A stretch of DNA of 63,923 nucleotides, the filler included, from Platydemus manokwari (lineage: Eukaryota), in the NCBI GenBank assembly GCA_037951405.1. It is 6 parts of 6 records of this genome, joined end to end, with 100 filler letters (N's around TTAATTAATTAA, not from the genome) between each part and the next. Parts side by side here need not be neighbours in the genome. Positions count along the whole stretch, not along the records: positions 19,073 to 27,968 come from JBBMOY011332983.1; positions 28,069 to 40,234 come from JBBMOY010276670.1; 4 more parts are not named here. The stretch is one strand, 5' to 3'. Both the position numbers and the translations under genes were made by a program. The notes below the pieces were generated by a model. It ran no database searches. It worked only from the letters and a program-made list of their open reading frames with translations, and had not been told where the DNA came from. Every line of letters begins with the position of its first letter. The first letter of the stretch is position 1. Positions 26,051-39,077 of this stretch are shown here, one piece after another.

Positions 26051-27652
26051 ATTGACTTTTAATTTTATCAGATTAAACCTTTATCAGACTTTTTGAAAGA
26101 AAATCTTTTAATAAGGTATAGGGTAGGTGATCACTCGTTTTTTAGTGGTTATGGTAATGAGTTGTTTTGATATTTGTTTTGGTTTATTATTGATGAATTG
26201 TATTTTAGAATCTTTGGATTCGATTGTTGTGTGGATTTGTTAATTTTTGTTTATGTGTATTTCTGTTATTGATATTTTTCAATTTCCACTGTTTCTTATC
26301 GATTAGTGTTTACATCATGTTGCAAAGATTTATTACATACCAAAGATATATCTCATTCTTAACCAGTATTTAGTGAGAAATACTTTTTTCTTTGTACAAT
26401 TCATTTTGTTAAAGTCCAATCCGATTATCACTAAATCTCATTGGTTCGTCGTGATCACTCTTTAAAATCCTCAATGATTGTGTATCTATGCGTTCTTGGT
26501 TTTCCGAGAAATTTCTAAGTTCGTGTCTACTAATTTTACATTCCACACAATCAATGCGGTACCCATAAATCTATCTTGAATCTCAAAAATTGATCATGGA
26601 ACAAAAGATCGATCATTATTAAAAACCAGTTCTTGACTTCAAACCAATTGACTTCGAATTATATCAAATTAAACTTTTATCCGATTTTTTGAAAGAAAAT
26701 TTTTAAATAAGGTATAGGGTAGGTGATCACTCGTTTTCTAGTGGTTATGGCAATGAGTTGTTTTGACATTTGTTTTGGTTTATTATTGATGAATTGTATT
26801 TTAGAATCTTTGGATTCGATTGTTGTGTGAATTTGTTAATTTTGGTTTATGTGTTTTTCTGTTATTGATATTTTTTAATTTCAGTTGTTTCTTATCGATT
26901 AGTGTTTAAATTAGTATGAATGTGTATCTTTGCTTTTTTGGTAAAAAAAGTAATTTCTAAGTTTTCGTGACTATTACTTAAGTTCCACTTATTTTATATT
27001 CCACTCAATCAATGCGATACAGTGAAAGTTATCTTGATCTTGAGAAACGTTGCTACTAAAAAGCTTCAAGAGCCAGTCAAAAACTTCCAACACTCAAACA
27101 TTAACATATCAATGCAAGTATTTGAGAGTTCCTTTAAGCCTTCCAAAACGAACACCTATGACTAACATCCTTCAATCGATCATTTCAGACTTCGATGCCA
27201 TTGGAGAATCTTGACTGCACCCATCTTAAAAGTTTCAACCATATAACACTTTCCTGCACTCAAGGATCCCGTTGCACTTCAGAATTAAACAAGTTGAAAC
27301 TACTAAACCCGACTCTCGCACTTTTACTACTAATGAGGACAAAGAAACTGGCCAAATCCTTTTGCAAAAGGACCTGATCAATCTCGTAAAATGCTGAACC
27401 TTCAAGCCTAAAAAACCAGCAACAATTATTTCCTCCGTTCTCCACGCAAACTCGTGAGAATCGGCCTTACTACTTCATTCACGGAATACTGCATCCAGAG
27501 CATTGTTTGTGCCTTTAGATTCCTAACAAATTGGGACCTTCAATTCAGGTCATTTGTTATAAATCACATAACAACGCGGTACCGATAAAGCTATCTTGAA
27601 TCTCTGAAGTTGATCATGGAACAAAAGATCGATCATTAATTAAAACCAGTTT
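26051..27652 (+). repeat. Tandem ~600-bp direct repeat (two copies plus a partial third)
   Basis: 26051-26312 matches 26647-26908; 26510-26580 matches 26953-27037; 26555-26631 matches 27575-27652. Confidence 0.85.
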
Positions 27653-27968
27653 TAAAGAAACCTAGAATAAAACGAATGCAATAACTAAATTGATGTATAT
27701 GTGTTGGGGTTCTGGCCCAACAAGTTACTTAAAACAATTAGTTTACCTTGAAGAAATATGTGCATGACAATATGTATGAAATATGTATTAATTTTTATTG
27801 TATCAATTTTATTTAATCACCATGTATTTTTATATTTTGACAATATTTGGATTTTTTGAGCAACAACTATTTTAAAATATTGGTATTTATAATAAAGCTT
27901 TACTCATAAGTCGGGACACCAATTTGCCTCTTGATTATTTTAAATATTAGAGATTTATTTTCAAAACT

Positions 27969-28068
27969 NNNNNNNNNNNNNNNNNNNNNNNNNNNNNNNN
28001 NNNNNNNNNNNNTTAATTAATTAANNNNNNNNNNNNNNNNNNNNNNNNNNNNNNNNNNNNNNNNNNNN
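27969..28068. other. Artificial contig spacer
   Basis: Same 100-bp spacer. Confidence 0.97.
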
Positions 28069-28858
28069 TATCAATACATCAGTACAGATCAACGAATGAT
28101 GAATAATAACTTTAAATTCCATGTAAAAGATAAAGGGGCACACCTCAGAAGTTGGATTAAAAAGGAGTTAGATATATTAAAAGTAAAACATAAAGGTTTT
28201 ACGATGACATGTGAAAAGAAGAATATATACGACAATGAATATTTAATAGATATAGGTCTATCACAAACATGGACTAATGTGGTGATAGTAACAATGGAGA
28301 AGTTCATTCGTATTGGTATGTTTAACTGTTAATAATATATTACCGAGATGTAAAAATAAACATTAAGATAATAATTAAAAATAGCAAATAAATATTCTTT
28401 GAATAATTCTAAATGAAATACATTAATTGTTTAGCTAATGCAACAAAGCAAAATTAATGAAATATTCTTTAAAAAACCTCTAAAATCTTAAATATCGAAT
28501 TAATCTAAATCACCGAACTATTTCCAGGAATGTAAAATTTTATTTATTTTATTGAAACCTCCTCACAAATTTGAAAAAGTCAGAATTCTACTTATATTTC
28601 AAAACACCATATTTTATTTCAGGTTTATGTAATGTAGCATATTTAAAATTAATAATCTCGTCTGTGAATGTTACTAACTAATGACTGAAATTCATCACAA
28701 CTTGTTAATATTTTAATTTAATTTTCATTTGTTTAAATATTAGTTGAAGAAAATTGTTTTAAATTATAAAATTTGAATAATTGAAAAAAATCTATTTGCG
28801 CAAGTATTTTATATTATAAAGTTTAAGAAAGGTATTTTATTACTGGATAATATTTGCC

Positions 28859-29981
28859 ATGAGTGAGATTTATGCGTTCATCAAGAGACATAAAAGGAAA
28901 TTTATTTACTTGGGCGGAATTATTAGTAGCAGTTACGCAATTTATAAAATAACTAATTATGTGCAAAGCTATGTTAAGAAATATCAGTCTAATAAAAGTT
29001 TACAATTTAAAATTCAAAAAGCACAATATTTTCAGGCCACTATAATAAATTCTTTAGATACAATTAAAAGTATTTTGAAAAATGTAAGATTATTAATTTA
29101 ATATTTTTCTTCGTATATTTTAAAGTTGTTTTAAATTTAGCTGGAACATGAAATTGAATTAACCATTGATTCAGAAAATGTGGCCACGAGCTTAGGAATT
29201 ATTTCGAATAATTCAAAACAGTCCGTAGAAAGCGTTAAGCAACAATATGCATCTCTTTCTGTTGATAAAAAATTGGAATTATGGCAAAAGCTAAAGGTTC
29301 TTTGTTTCACCAAATTAACTTTACTAATATATTGCTGGTCATTCATATCTATCACTATTCATATTCAAATGGCAATTCTCGCTGGAAATATGTTCCAAGC
29401 TAGAAATTCTTATCATTCAAATTTTGATATAATTTTAACATATTATCGTATGATTTGTCCATCTTATAATAAAAAATTACTAGATGAAAAATTTCAACTT
29501 GAATTTATAAATTTTACTTTGAAACAGATCCAGGTAAATTTCCATGCTTACTGATTTTAAATTATTGATGGTAAATTAAGTCTCAAATTAATAAATGGAC
29601 GGAATTGGTTCATAAAGCATCGAGTAAAGTTGTGGGGTCTATATCATTGAAAGCACCACTAACGAAAGATGACGTATTCAAAATACTTGAACAAATCAAA
29701 AATCATGTTCATAATGATATTTTGGAAATCTTTTTGCATAGTATACAAATACAATCTGGAGTAAATAAGTTGATGCCAATATTTTCGAAATATTCTCCAA
29801 TGTGTTTGAAAGTAGTGGAATTGGATATCTCAATGCATTAATTTCTTTGTTGTCTCATCAAGTTTGTTTATTTCTTGATCAAAACATGAGGCCCGCCAAC
29901 ATTGGAGACTGTGACAATGACACTATCATCAAGGAACCTTTGGCAAAATTGGTACCATTTCTGTGGATTAGTTTTGTCTAG
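28859..29981 (+). CDS. PEX3: Peroxisomal biogenesis factor 3
   Basis: N-terminal FIKRHKRKFIYLGG membrane-targeting signal; KKLELWQKLKVLCFTK, IQMAILAGNMF, KVVGSISLK and EPLAKLVP motifs. Exons 28859-29083, 29141-29533, 29581-29740(?), 29770(?)-29981; the first two introns are 57 and 47 nt, the last junction is uncertain. Confidence 0.9.
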
Positions 29982-32519
29982 AAAGACAAGAGAATGTTAA
30001 TTCATCTATTTTCGTGTAATATATAAACGATATTTAGGTAATAGTTGTACTAATTAGATTTCCATAAATGTCAACAAAATCATAAACACCGATTAATTCA
30101 GTATAACTATCCGAAAAACAAAATTTCTCCACATTTTTTATGTCATAAAGTTTGAATTCTAATATCCTAATTGATACTCATTATTAGCACTTGAGGTTTT
30201 ATCAGATATACATCTAAGCATAATGCCATGCTCATTAATGAGCAGATTTTGTCCTTTTTTGTTTTTGAACAATCTTGCACAATGATAGTTTTAATTTAAA
30301 CTTCAACACCAACTTTTCTGACCCTCACTTTTTTCTCTTTTGGTTTTGTTTGTTAAATATTTAAGATTTTTATATTTAATTAATTCAATTTCATTAAGTT
30401 TTTTTGTTTCCTCTTTAATAAACTTAACAATTCCAAACGTTTTTCGATGTCTTCTTAATATGCATCATGAAATTTTCCAATGCCTGTCACTAATAGTTCA
30501 ACAAGCACGAAATTGCTTCATTTCAAGACTGAATATTAACCGTGTTGTTGGAATTTTTAGAGAGTTACAGATTTGCATACGCTAGCATGAATAGCCCTTT
30601 CTATTTTCTTGAATTGTTTAATATTAACTTTAAACATTTGGAGAAGTAGAGTTGCTTCAAGATTTGGGAGTATTTCGGCCTACATATGTAAATTTGCACA
30701 GGTTGTCATAATACATAATTCTGTTAAGCTTGAATCATGTGATGGATTGTTGTTTCCTTGGATATTCGCTTACTTACCACTGCCAGAAATTTTAGAATGT
30801 TCCATTGGTTTTTGGAATATTGTTGTCCAAAGATTTTGTAGGCGATAGACTTTAGACTTTAAATATTGTTATTGTGTTCGTCAATGTAGGATAAAAAATA
30901 AGTTGACGTAAATATATCAACTTTTTATCAACTTATCATAGTTTTCTTTTCTGCTAATGTCGATAAATCATATTAGAAATCTTTAACTGTTTCACTTGCT
31001 CTTTAAGCTCTAGAGAGGAATTTCTTCTTAATTATGCTACTAACGTCTCTGATAGGACATTCTTCATGACCATAAACTGGGTTATGTTACTCGTGGTTTC
31101 TTTTGAATGGTCCTTTTGATAAAGAGGTAGTCATTGGAACATCGTCTTCTCATTTCATCAGCATACATGCATGGATAAAATAGTTTGTCATGAAATCAAA
31201 TAACTTCACCGGATCTTTTCCATACTGATCAATTGCAGAAGTTCACTGCTAGAACTGGTTTGATAGGATGTCGAATTGAATGTGAAACATGAAGGGGTTG
31301 ATTATCCGGTTCCTGATTATTAAAAAATTCCGGTAAAAGTTGTTCAATCTCGGTATCGCTAATAATTGTTGAGTAAATAAAACCTGAAGTTTCGACTAAA
31401 ACTTTAGTTGACATTCAAAGTGCTAATCAGCAAATAAATAACAGAAAACTCAAAAAAAAATATTTTCTCAACTGGCCTCAAGTAATAATAGGACATGTTT
31501 GCAATGTTATTTATAATCAGAAGATTGTATACATTTTTGTGCTAAATTTTTATTCTATAATTTGTTTCAAACAATTTCAATTGGATTTATTGATTTATCA
31601 TTTATTGGTCAATAACTATGTATATATCATAGCTTTTTATTGCTTTTGATTGGTCAGTTATGGAATTGGCATGTAGGCATATGTGTCCAAAAAATTGAAA
31701 TAGTCAGTGCAAAGTTCGAAGGGCCATTATTTCCACCAGATTTAACATATGGAGTCAATTTCCATATTAATCTATCTAATTTTAGTTGTTCTTCAGTAAT
31801 TTACTCTTGTTGAAATCATCAAGGTTTTCAATAAAGTTACAGCTTCTAATATACTTAATATAAAAACTTTCTGGTTTGTAACCATGGACATTTTCAAAAA
31901 GAGACTAAAGAAAAGGCATTACAAAGCCTTTATAAGAGAGATTTATTAAAAATTCTGTGTAATTAATTATCTCTTATTTTTTGAGAAAAATTTTCGATAT
32001 AAAATTTTTATTAAGTTTTTGATCAATATAAAATTTTATTTTGGTCAATATAAAATAATTTAAATTTTTACCATAGAATTGTTTTTAAAAATCTTCAGAT
32101 TTGTTCATTTATCTGGAAAACACTTAATTACAGTACAAAAAAAGAAATTTTTAAGAATACAATGATATTTAACATTGTATAATATCATAATAATTTTAAC
32201 AGATTTTACGGTATTTCTTAATAGTGTTGGGAAATGTTTAATAAGGTACACATTTTAAAATATTTACTTTTAATAATTAAAAAGTATTATGGTTGTCTAA
32301 AATTCTTTTGCGTCAACCGAAATCTAATATTGCACTTGATTTGATTTTTAATTGATTACAAATATCATAAATAGTAATTAAATTTCATCTATTTTTTTAT
32401 GAAGATAAATTATTATAATAATAAAAATAAATTTGATAAATAATGGAAGAAAATTATACTGAAACAAAAAGATATAAATACAAATTTTATCTATTCATAT
32501 TAAATATAAATATTTATAT

Positions 32520-33081
32520 TTATGATGGGGCTGTGTAGCTCATAGAAAATGTTTTTAACATTCTAGGATTTTTTTTGCCTGAAGACATTTTAAATTTGCA
32601 TATATTTTCCATATTTCGTTTCGTGGTAGACAACTGCTTATTAAATTTATTGTCTTTTGGTCGAAAATACTTCATATGTTCATTCATTTCCATAGATAAG
32701 TTCAAAAGTTCGTTGAAACCGCATGAAGACATTTCTTTAAGAAATCCTCCAGGTAATAAAATAGAAGATCGGTATATTTTAATTTCTTTATTCAATGAAC
32801 CTGCTAGATTTCTCAACATATTCAGACAACCGAGAGCTTTTCCTTTTCGAAGATTGTAATGAATTTCGAAAACTTTAAGTCCTGAAAGAGGACGAATTTT
32901 TCTTTTGATGTTTTCCTTGGTGGTTAGAATTGTTATTTTGCAACTGCACAGATTCTCAATATTTGCCAAACGAGGATTTTTCACCAAATTATCACTGGAA
33001 CTCAGTTCAATAGATTTGGATGGAAAGAATATGAGCTGGTGAACGATTTTAAATGAATTACCAGCTAATGACTGAGAAATA
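32520..33081 (-). CDS. Putative terminal exon of an unknown gene (possibly a divergent small-GTPase-like fold)
   Basis: Frame open for ~186 codons from a TTCTTAG acceptor (33082-33083) to the stop at 32520, in very AT-rich DNA. Phase-compatible with the exon at 38144-38267. Confidence 0.5.
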
Positions 33082-33279
33082 CTAAGAATTATTTATTAAC
33101 AATTAAAATTTTAAATTTTTTTAATAAATTGATAGTAAATATATAATTATAATTTAATAATAGTACTATCTTTAATAAATTATATGCTTATGAATATCGT
33201 AAAATTTATTTTATATATGATAAAGTCTTATCAAATATTTCCACATATAAAGTAAAAGTAACGATTGATATATTGTTGT

Positions 33280-36200
33280 TGTGATAAGAATTGTAGAATA
33301 TTAAAATTTATTAATTCAAAAAGTTATGTCAATATATAGTATTTAAACAAATACATATACATACATATATATGTATACATATATTACATCCGTCCGCCTT
33401 CGGAAAAGCCTGTGTCTAGGTAATTCATGTATCTCGCTGGCTTTTTATTTCTAGTAGACCTTTCGTTTTCTAGCCCGTGTTTTGTAATATCTTCATTTTT
33501 GAGTTATCATTTCTGTTGATGATGCTTGGCCGCTTTTTCATACTTTCGATACTCCTATCATTGTCCCTTCTTCCATCATCATTTGAGCTATTATCCCTAT
33601 TTCTGATTTTTTTACTTGATTATAATTTCGTTGAATAATTTTATTCAACTTCTGACTATAAAGCTTATATGTCAATGCATTTATTTTCTCTAAAATCTTG
33701 AATGGGCCTACAAATCTTTTACGAAAAGGTTTGTAAAACGAATTTTCAACCATCACTATATCACCAACTGATAATTCATGGGAATATTTCCATTGGTTAT
33801 AGTATTCTGCTTGCTTCATAATCTGATTCTTATTGTAATTCTATACTTATTCAAAATTTTCCCTATGATGATTCATAATCTCTTCCATAATTTTCCTTTT
33901 ATAGGGGCTGCCCTCATTAATTAATAACCATGGCTTTCTACCGAAAAGAACTACAAATGGCGAATACTTCACTGATTTCTGAGATGACATCCAAAATCCA
34001 TATTCAACATGTGTTATTACATCATCCCAGCATTGTCTTAAAAGTTCTCTCAATTAGCCCATTTGACTGTGGATGATATGCTGCAGAAAATGTTCTCTTT
34101 ATTTCCATACTAACGCATAATTCGTATATTAATGTGGATTGAAAATTTGTCAGAATGGATACATTCCGTGGCTCCTAATTTGCTTATGCACTCTTTCCAT
34201 AATACCTTGGCTACATTTTCTGCAGTGATATGGTTTAATGGTATAAATGATACATTTTTGAAAAAATAATATATTATACCTAGTATAAACGGATTTCCTT
34301 GCTTCATTTCAGGATATTGTCCTGCAATATCGATACCAACAATTTTGAACGGCTTATTTCCTTACCTGATGAGCATTCAATATACGAATGCACGTATTTT
34401 TTTCCAGCCTGGCCAATAAGTTCGTTTTCAACGACTCTAGTTTTTTCTCTATTCCGATATGTCCTAAATTGTCACGGATCATTTGAACACACGTCTTAAT
34501 TTCACATTGAGGTACTATATAACGATAAATTCCCTTTTTCTTATAGTATAATGCATCACTTCTAACTATCAAGTTTTCCTTCTTTTTCCAAATATTTTTT
34601 TAACGAGGAATTTTTGATAAATCTTTGATACTCCCGCTGAGAATAGCATTTATCACAATTTTCAATTCTTCATCTTCATTCTGATATAAAAACTTCTTTT
34701 GTTTCACTCGACACAAAACTTTCTCATCTTAACTTTTTTCATAGTCCACTTTTATATTACGTCTTTTTTGTGGGTTTTGATGCTTTATAAAACATTGTTT
34801 ACAATGTGGACATCGTGATATCGCATCTGCATTGATGTGTTCTTTACCTTTTATATATTTTATTTCCATTTCAAATATTTCTAGCTCTGCTTTCCATATA
34901 CAATATTGTGATGTATTTGGAGAATCCCAATTCAGCAACCATTTCAGGGGTACATGATCAGTTCTGACAATAAATTTCTTACCATAAAAGTAATGTTTAA
35001 ATTTTTTTAACAGACACAGATGGCTAGCAACTATTTTCTTGTTATACAATATTTTCGCTGCGCTTTTGTCAATATTCTTGATGCATACCCTATCACTCTT
35101 TCTTCACAGTTTTGTATTTGAATTACCATGGCTCCTATAGCACCGAAAGGTGCATCAGTATCCAAAAACATGTTTCTCTTCTTTGCATGGCAATCAATGA
35201 AATGGTGAAGTCAATGATTTAATTTATGAAAAAATGCAGTTGCTAAGTCGTTCCACCTAAATTTACTCTCTTCAGTATTTGATATAACAGTTTGGTAGTA
35301 TCAGCAAAATCCTTTATAAACCACATAATTTAAGAAATTCCTGTAGTTCCTTGACACATTGAGGTTTTAACCAATTTTTTATTACCCCAAGCTTGTCTTC
35401 ATCTGTCCGTATGCCGTTTTTGTCAGTCACGTGTCCCTGATACTTAATTTCTTTTCTTAAGAAAAAACATTTCTTTTGAGCCATTTTCATCCCAGCCTCA
35501 TCGATTCGATTTAAACTCTTTCCAGCCTTTCATTATGTTCATTGACTGTTCTTCGAAATTTCAGAATATCGTCTAGATAGATTACACAGTTTAACCTAAA
35601 CATAATCCGAAAGGCATTTGATTAAACTGAAACTGTCTGTATCTAGTGCTGAATGCTGTTTTTTCTTTTGCTTCTTCCTCCAATTCAACTTGATGATATT
35701 AGTTCGCCAAATCTATTTTTGAAAAATATCTGGCTCCTTGTACAGCATCGAATAATTCTTCGGAATTTGGTATGGGGAAAATTGGCCTGGCAGTAGCTGC
35801 CTTTAGCTTCCTATAATCTACACACATTCTGGTCACTCTATTCTTTTTCCTGACTGGTACTATTGAGAAATTCCATGCTGAATGACTTGGACTAAACGTT
35901 TGATTCCAGCATTTCATCTATTAGTTGTTTAACTTCTTCTTTTAACTCCAAAGGAATTCTACGAGGTTTAACAGGTATTGGTTGATCAATGTTTGTTTTT
36001 ATACTATGTTTCATTTTCCTAAGTCCTCTGGACCTGTACTAAAGCTATTTCCATATTTTGAAAGAACTCTCATAATATTATTCTTATCCTCAGGATTCAA
36101 TTTATCATCTAAGCCCTGCTCAATGTTTTATAACACTTTATCCAGTTTACTTTCTCTCTTTTCCGAACATAAATTATACAACCCAAATGAATTCCCAATG

Positions 36201-37919
36201 CTGTTCTCGTTTATTTCATTTATCTCTTCTACCCAACGTAAATTTATCCCAGTATAAATATTTTTGGGTACCATTCTCAATTTGCTTCAATATTATCAAA
36301 ACATATCCATTATTTGCTTAAAGCAACGAATCGGCTCTTATCAAATCCCTCTTCACTATGTTTCTCTTATCTGCTACAAACCCATACTCCAAAAAACTAT
36401 TCTTTTTTCTGCTATTTCCGTCAACAACCATAGCTTTAACAAAGTAATCACCATCTCCAAACAGCACATCATTCGCTAATATTACTCGTCTATTATTATA
36501 GATTCCCTCTTCTACTTCCGTCGCATTCCGACACTCGAACCCAATCTCTAACAGTTTAAAGATTCTATATGGGTTTTTTCAATCTCATTTATCTTAATGC
36601 AATCTTTACTAGGTACTCCGAAATTCCATCCTTCATATAACATATTCCAATGAAACATTCTAGAAATAGTTCTGGCACTACATCAAAATATTGAAATAAT
36701 TCTTCTGCGCCAATTACAACTCTTAAATAAACCTGTCCTGGAGGTTTTATTATTGATCCATTTGCACGTCTAATTCTGTTAGGAGATTTCCTCATTTTGA
36801 TTTAATCATCCTTTTTCATTAGTCTATTGACTAAATCTTCGCTGATTACATTAAGCTTAGCTTCCGTGTGAAACAGTAACTTCACTTTCTCATCTTCAAC
36901 TTTACAATCGATTATTGCTTTATATTTTGTCCTTTCTGGTCTGCGATTTGTTATTCCTGTCCATTCAAAAATTTTGCATAATTGTCCTTGATCGAATTGA
37001 ATTGATTGTGCCTACACATTATTGGCTTAACTTGTTTCCAGTCACTCATATCCCACATATTACAACCTCTCTTAGAAAGTGTATCTAAATTCGAGACATT
37101 GTCCTCTTCTGATGTGATCCTTCTTTCTTCGGTATTTAAGTATTTGACATCCTTGATATTTGTACGACAGAATCTTTGCAGATGTGGATCACCATATCGA
37201 AAACATTCAGTTCTCTTTCCAAAACGAGCATAATGTCCTTTTTGTTTACACTTGATACACTGATTTCTCTTGCAATCTGATTTTCGAAGAGTTTCGGAGC
37301 TCTTTTTGGTTGAGCCTTAAATTCTCAGCCTTTAATCTGCCACGGATGTCCATTTCATATGATTTTATGTTTCAGATCCCACGACATATCCAAATCTTCG
37401 GATTCTGGCTCCAAGACATCAGTTTCTTCCTTGATAATCCTGACGGCTTCATCTATATTCTTGGCGTTCAATTGTTTCAGACCAAATTTGAAACTCTTAT
37501 TAAGAAGCCCTTTAATGAATATTTTCTTAGATACCTTTTCCTAATTCTCAAATATTAATTCCAGCTACGGCGGTTTTTAGTCTTTTTGAAAATTCTTTGA
37601 TGGAGTCTGACGGCCGTTGATAAAGTGTCCTGATCATCATATATGATGTCATTACTAACTTCTTCTTAATTGAAGATAACTCTCTTGTGCAACTTAAATC
37701 TGATTTTATTTCCGACTTTACACCAGCATCTACATAATTTAATATGAATTTGCTTCTTAAATTTTCCGGAATTTGCATTGCTTCTGCATATTCGTCTACT
37801 AGTTAAAGGAATTCTTCCACATTTTCCCCATTAAAAATAGGCGGTTCTTTGAAAATTAATCGAGCTATTTCTAGATCTGTCCATGACGCCATGTGATAAG
37901 AATTGCAGAATACATTACA
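33280..37919 (-). mobile_element. Full-length degenerate Ty3/Gypsy LTR retrotransposon
   Basis: Minus-strand order: gag (KEPPIFNGENVEEF; knuckle CIKCKQKGH), protease, RT (IVPVRKK..RMCVDYRKL, FSKIDL, YLDDIL), RNase H (DTDA..AIGA; YFYGKKFIVRTDHVPLKWL; GKEHINADAISR), integrase (IHSD; YSPF..LFGR; FVGPFKI). 3' LTR 33280-33388 with PPT-like GAAGGCGGACGGA; 5' LTR remnant 37892-37919 with PBS TGGCGTCATGG; TSD GTTGT/ATTGT. Many stops and frameshifts. Confidence 0.95.
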
Positions 37920-38143
37920 ATTGTTTACCGACATATTCTGGTTGTATTATTTATTAACTTTGAATATTTTTATAAAAAATCCATGATCATTAATGATTTC
38001 AAAAGAAAGAAAAAACTATCAAATAACATCTCTAAAATCATTATCAATACACTCTATATGATAACGAATAAATTTAGATTTATGCATTAATTTTAACTAA
38101 AAATTTAAAAAATTACAATTTTTGGAATAAACTTTCTCTAAAC

Positions 38144-38267
38144 CTGTAAAACATTAGAAAGCAATGTGCATTAGGCTTTAAAAAGGAGTTCAAAACTATA
38201 ACATTTTCTTTATAGAGCAATGTTATGGCATTTGTACTTTGAAAAGGTAGAGTAAAAATTATCAGAA
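38144..38267 (-). CDS. Putative internal exon of the gene ending at 32520
   Basis: TAG acceptor and AG|GTTTAG donor; one open frame LIIFTLPFQSTNAITLLYKENVIVLNSFLKPNAHCFLMFY. Its phase-2 end joins the 33081 exon in frame. Confidence 0.4.
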
Positions 38268-38965
38268 CTATTTTAATTGAAAATATTCAAAAAATATTTT
38301 CAAACAAAATAATCTATCTCTATCATATACTAATTATTATGTTTCAAATTTTTTAAGGACTCTACATTATAATTCTAATTAGACAGTTTCAGTATCCACT
38401 ATCTGTAAAATATTATCATTCTGTATTCAATTATCTGTTCACTTACTACAAAAATATATTTCCCAAAAGAACAATGCTAAAAGAAATAATAAGATTAAAA
38501 TTTCTTCAAGATAAAATAACCAATTATTATTTCAGCTACCCGAAATCTAGAAAGGTAGGTGGTTTAATGACACTCTAGCTGATTTTGGTAACTTATCGCT
38601 CTCTCTTGCTTAATTTAAGAAGATATTGACCAAATCTTCTGTAATAATACATCATTTACCGGATCCCATACATTTCTGACATCTTAATCTTGTCATAATT
38701 CAAATTAGGAATCAAAAGGCTGTTTCAAATCCAAGAAGTATATTGATTTGGCATTGTAGACTTTGATACGGATTCTATTTCAGATAAGTGGAAATCGTAG
38801 TTGATAATTTGTTTCAACTTTCAAAGTTTGGAAAACTTTAAAATCGTTTTAAATATTTTAATCATATGATCGTCTAATCTGATGAAAAATGAATGGAGAC
38901 AAAGGTACGATATTCTATCTCACAAATTTTTTTAAAGTTCTCAAATAATTTTGCAATTCTTGTCA

Positions 38966-39077
38966 CAAATCATTCAAAATGGTCACAAGAACCAAGGGAA
39001 AACCCTATAAAGGGTCAATACACACAAACCCGATAAACACACGCACCGTTAACCAATCAAATTTATTCTAATATTAA
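38966..39077 (+). repeat. Interspersed repeat; inverted copy at ~51938-52048
   Basis: GGTCACAAGAA.CAAGGGAAAACC...AAACCCGATAAACAC...CGTTAACCAATCA is shared in reverse-complement orientation on another contig. Confidence 0.75.

Noticed and set aside
34299-37558. Plus-strand ORFs within the Gypsy element
   Set aside because: Antisense shadows of gag-pol remnants.
38640-38840. Additional upstream exon for the minus-strand gene
   Set aside because: Stops in all frames; YFLDLKQPFD suggests a LINE RT scrap instead.
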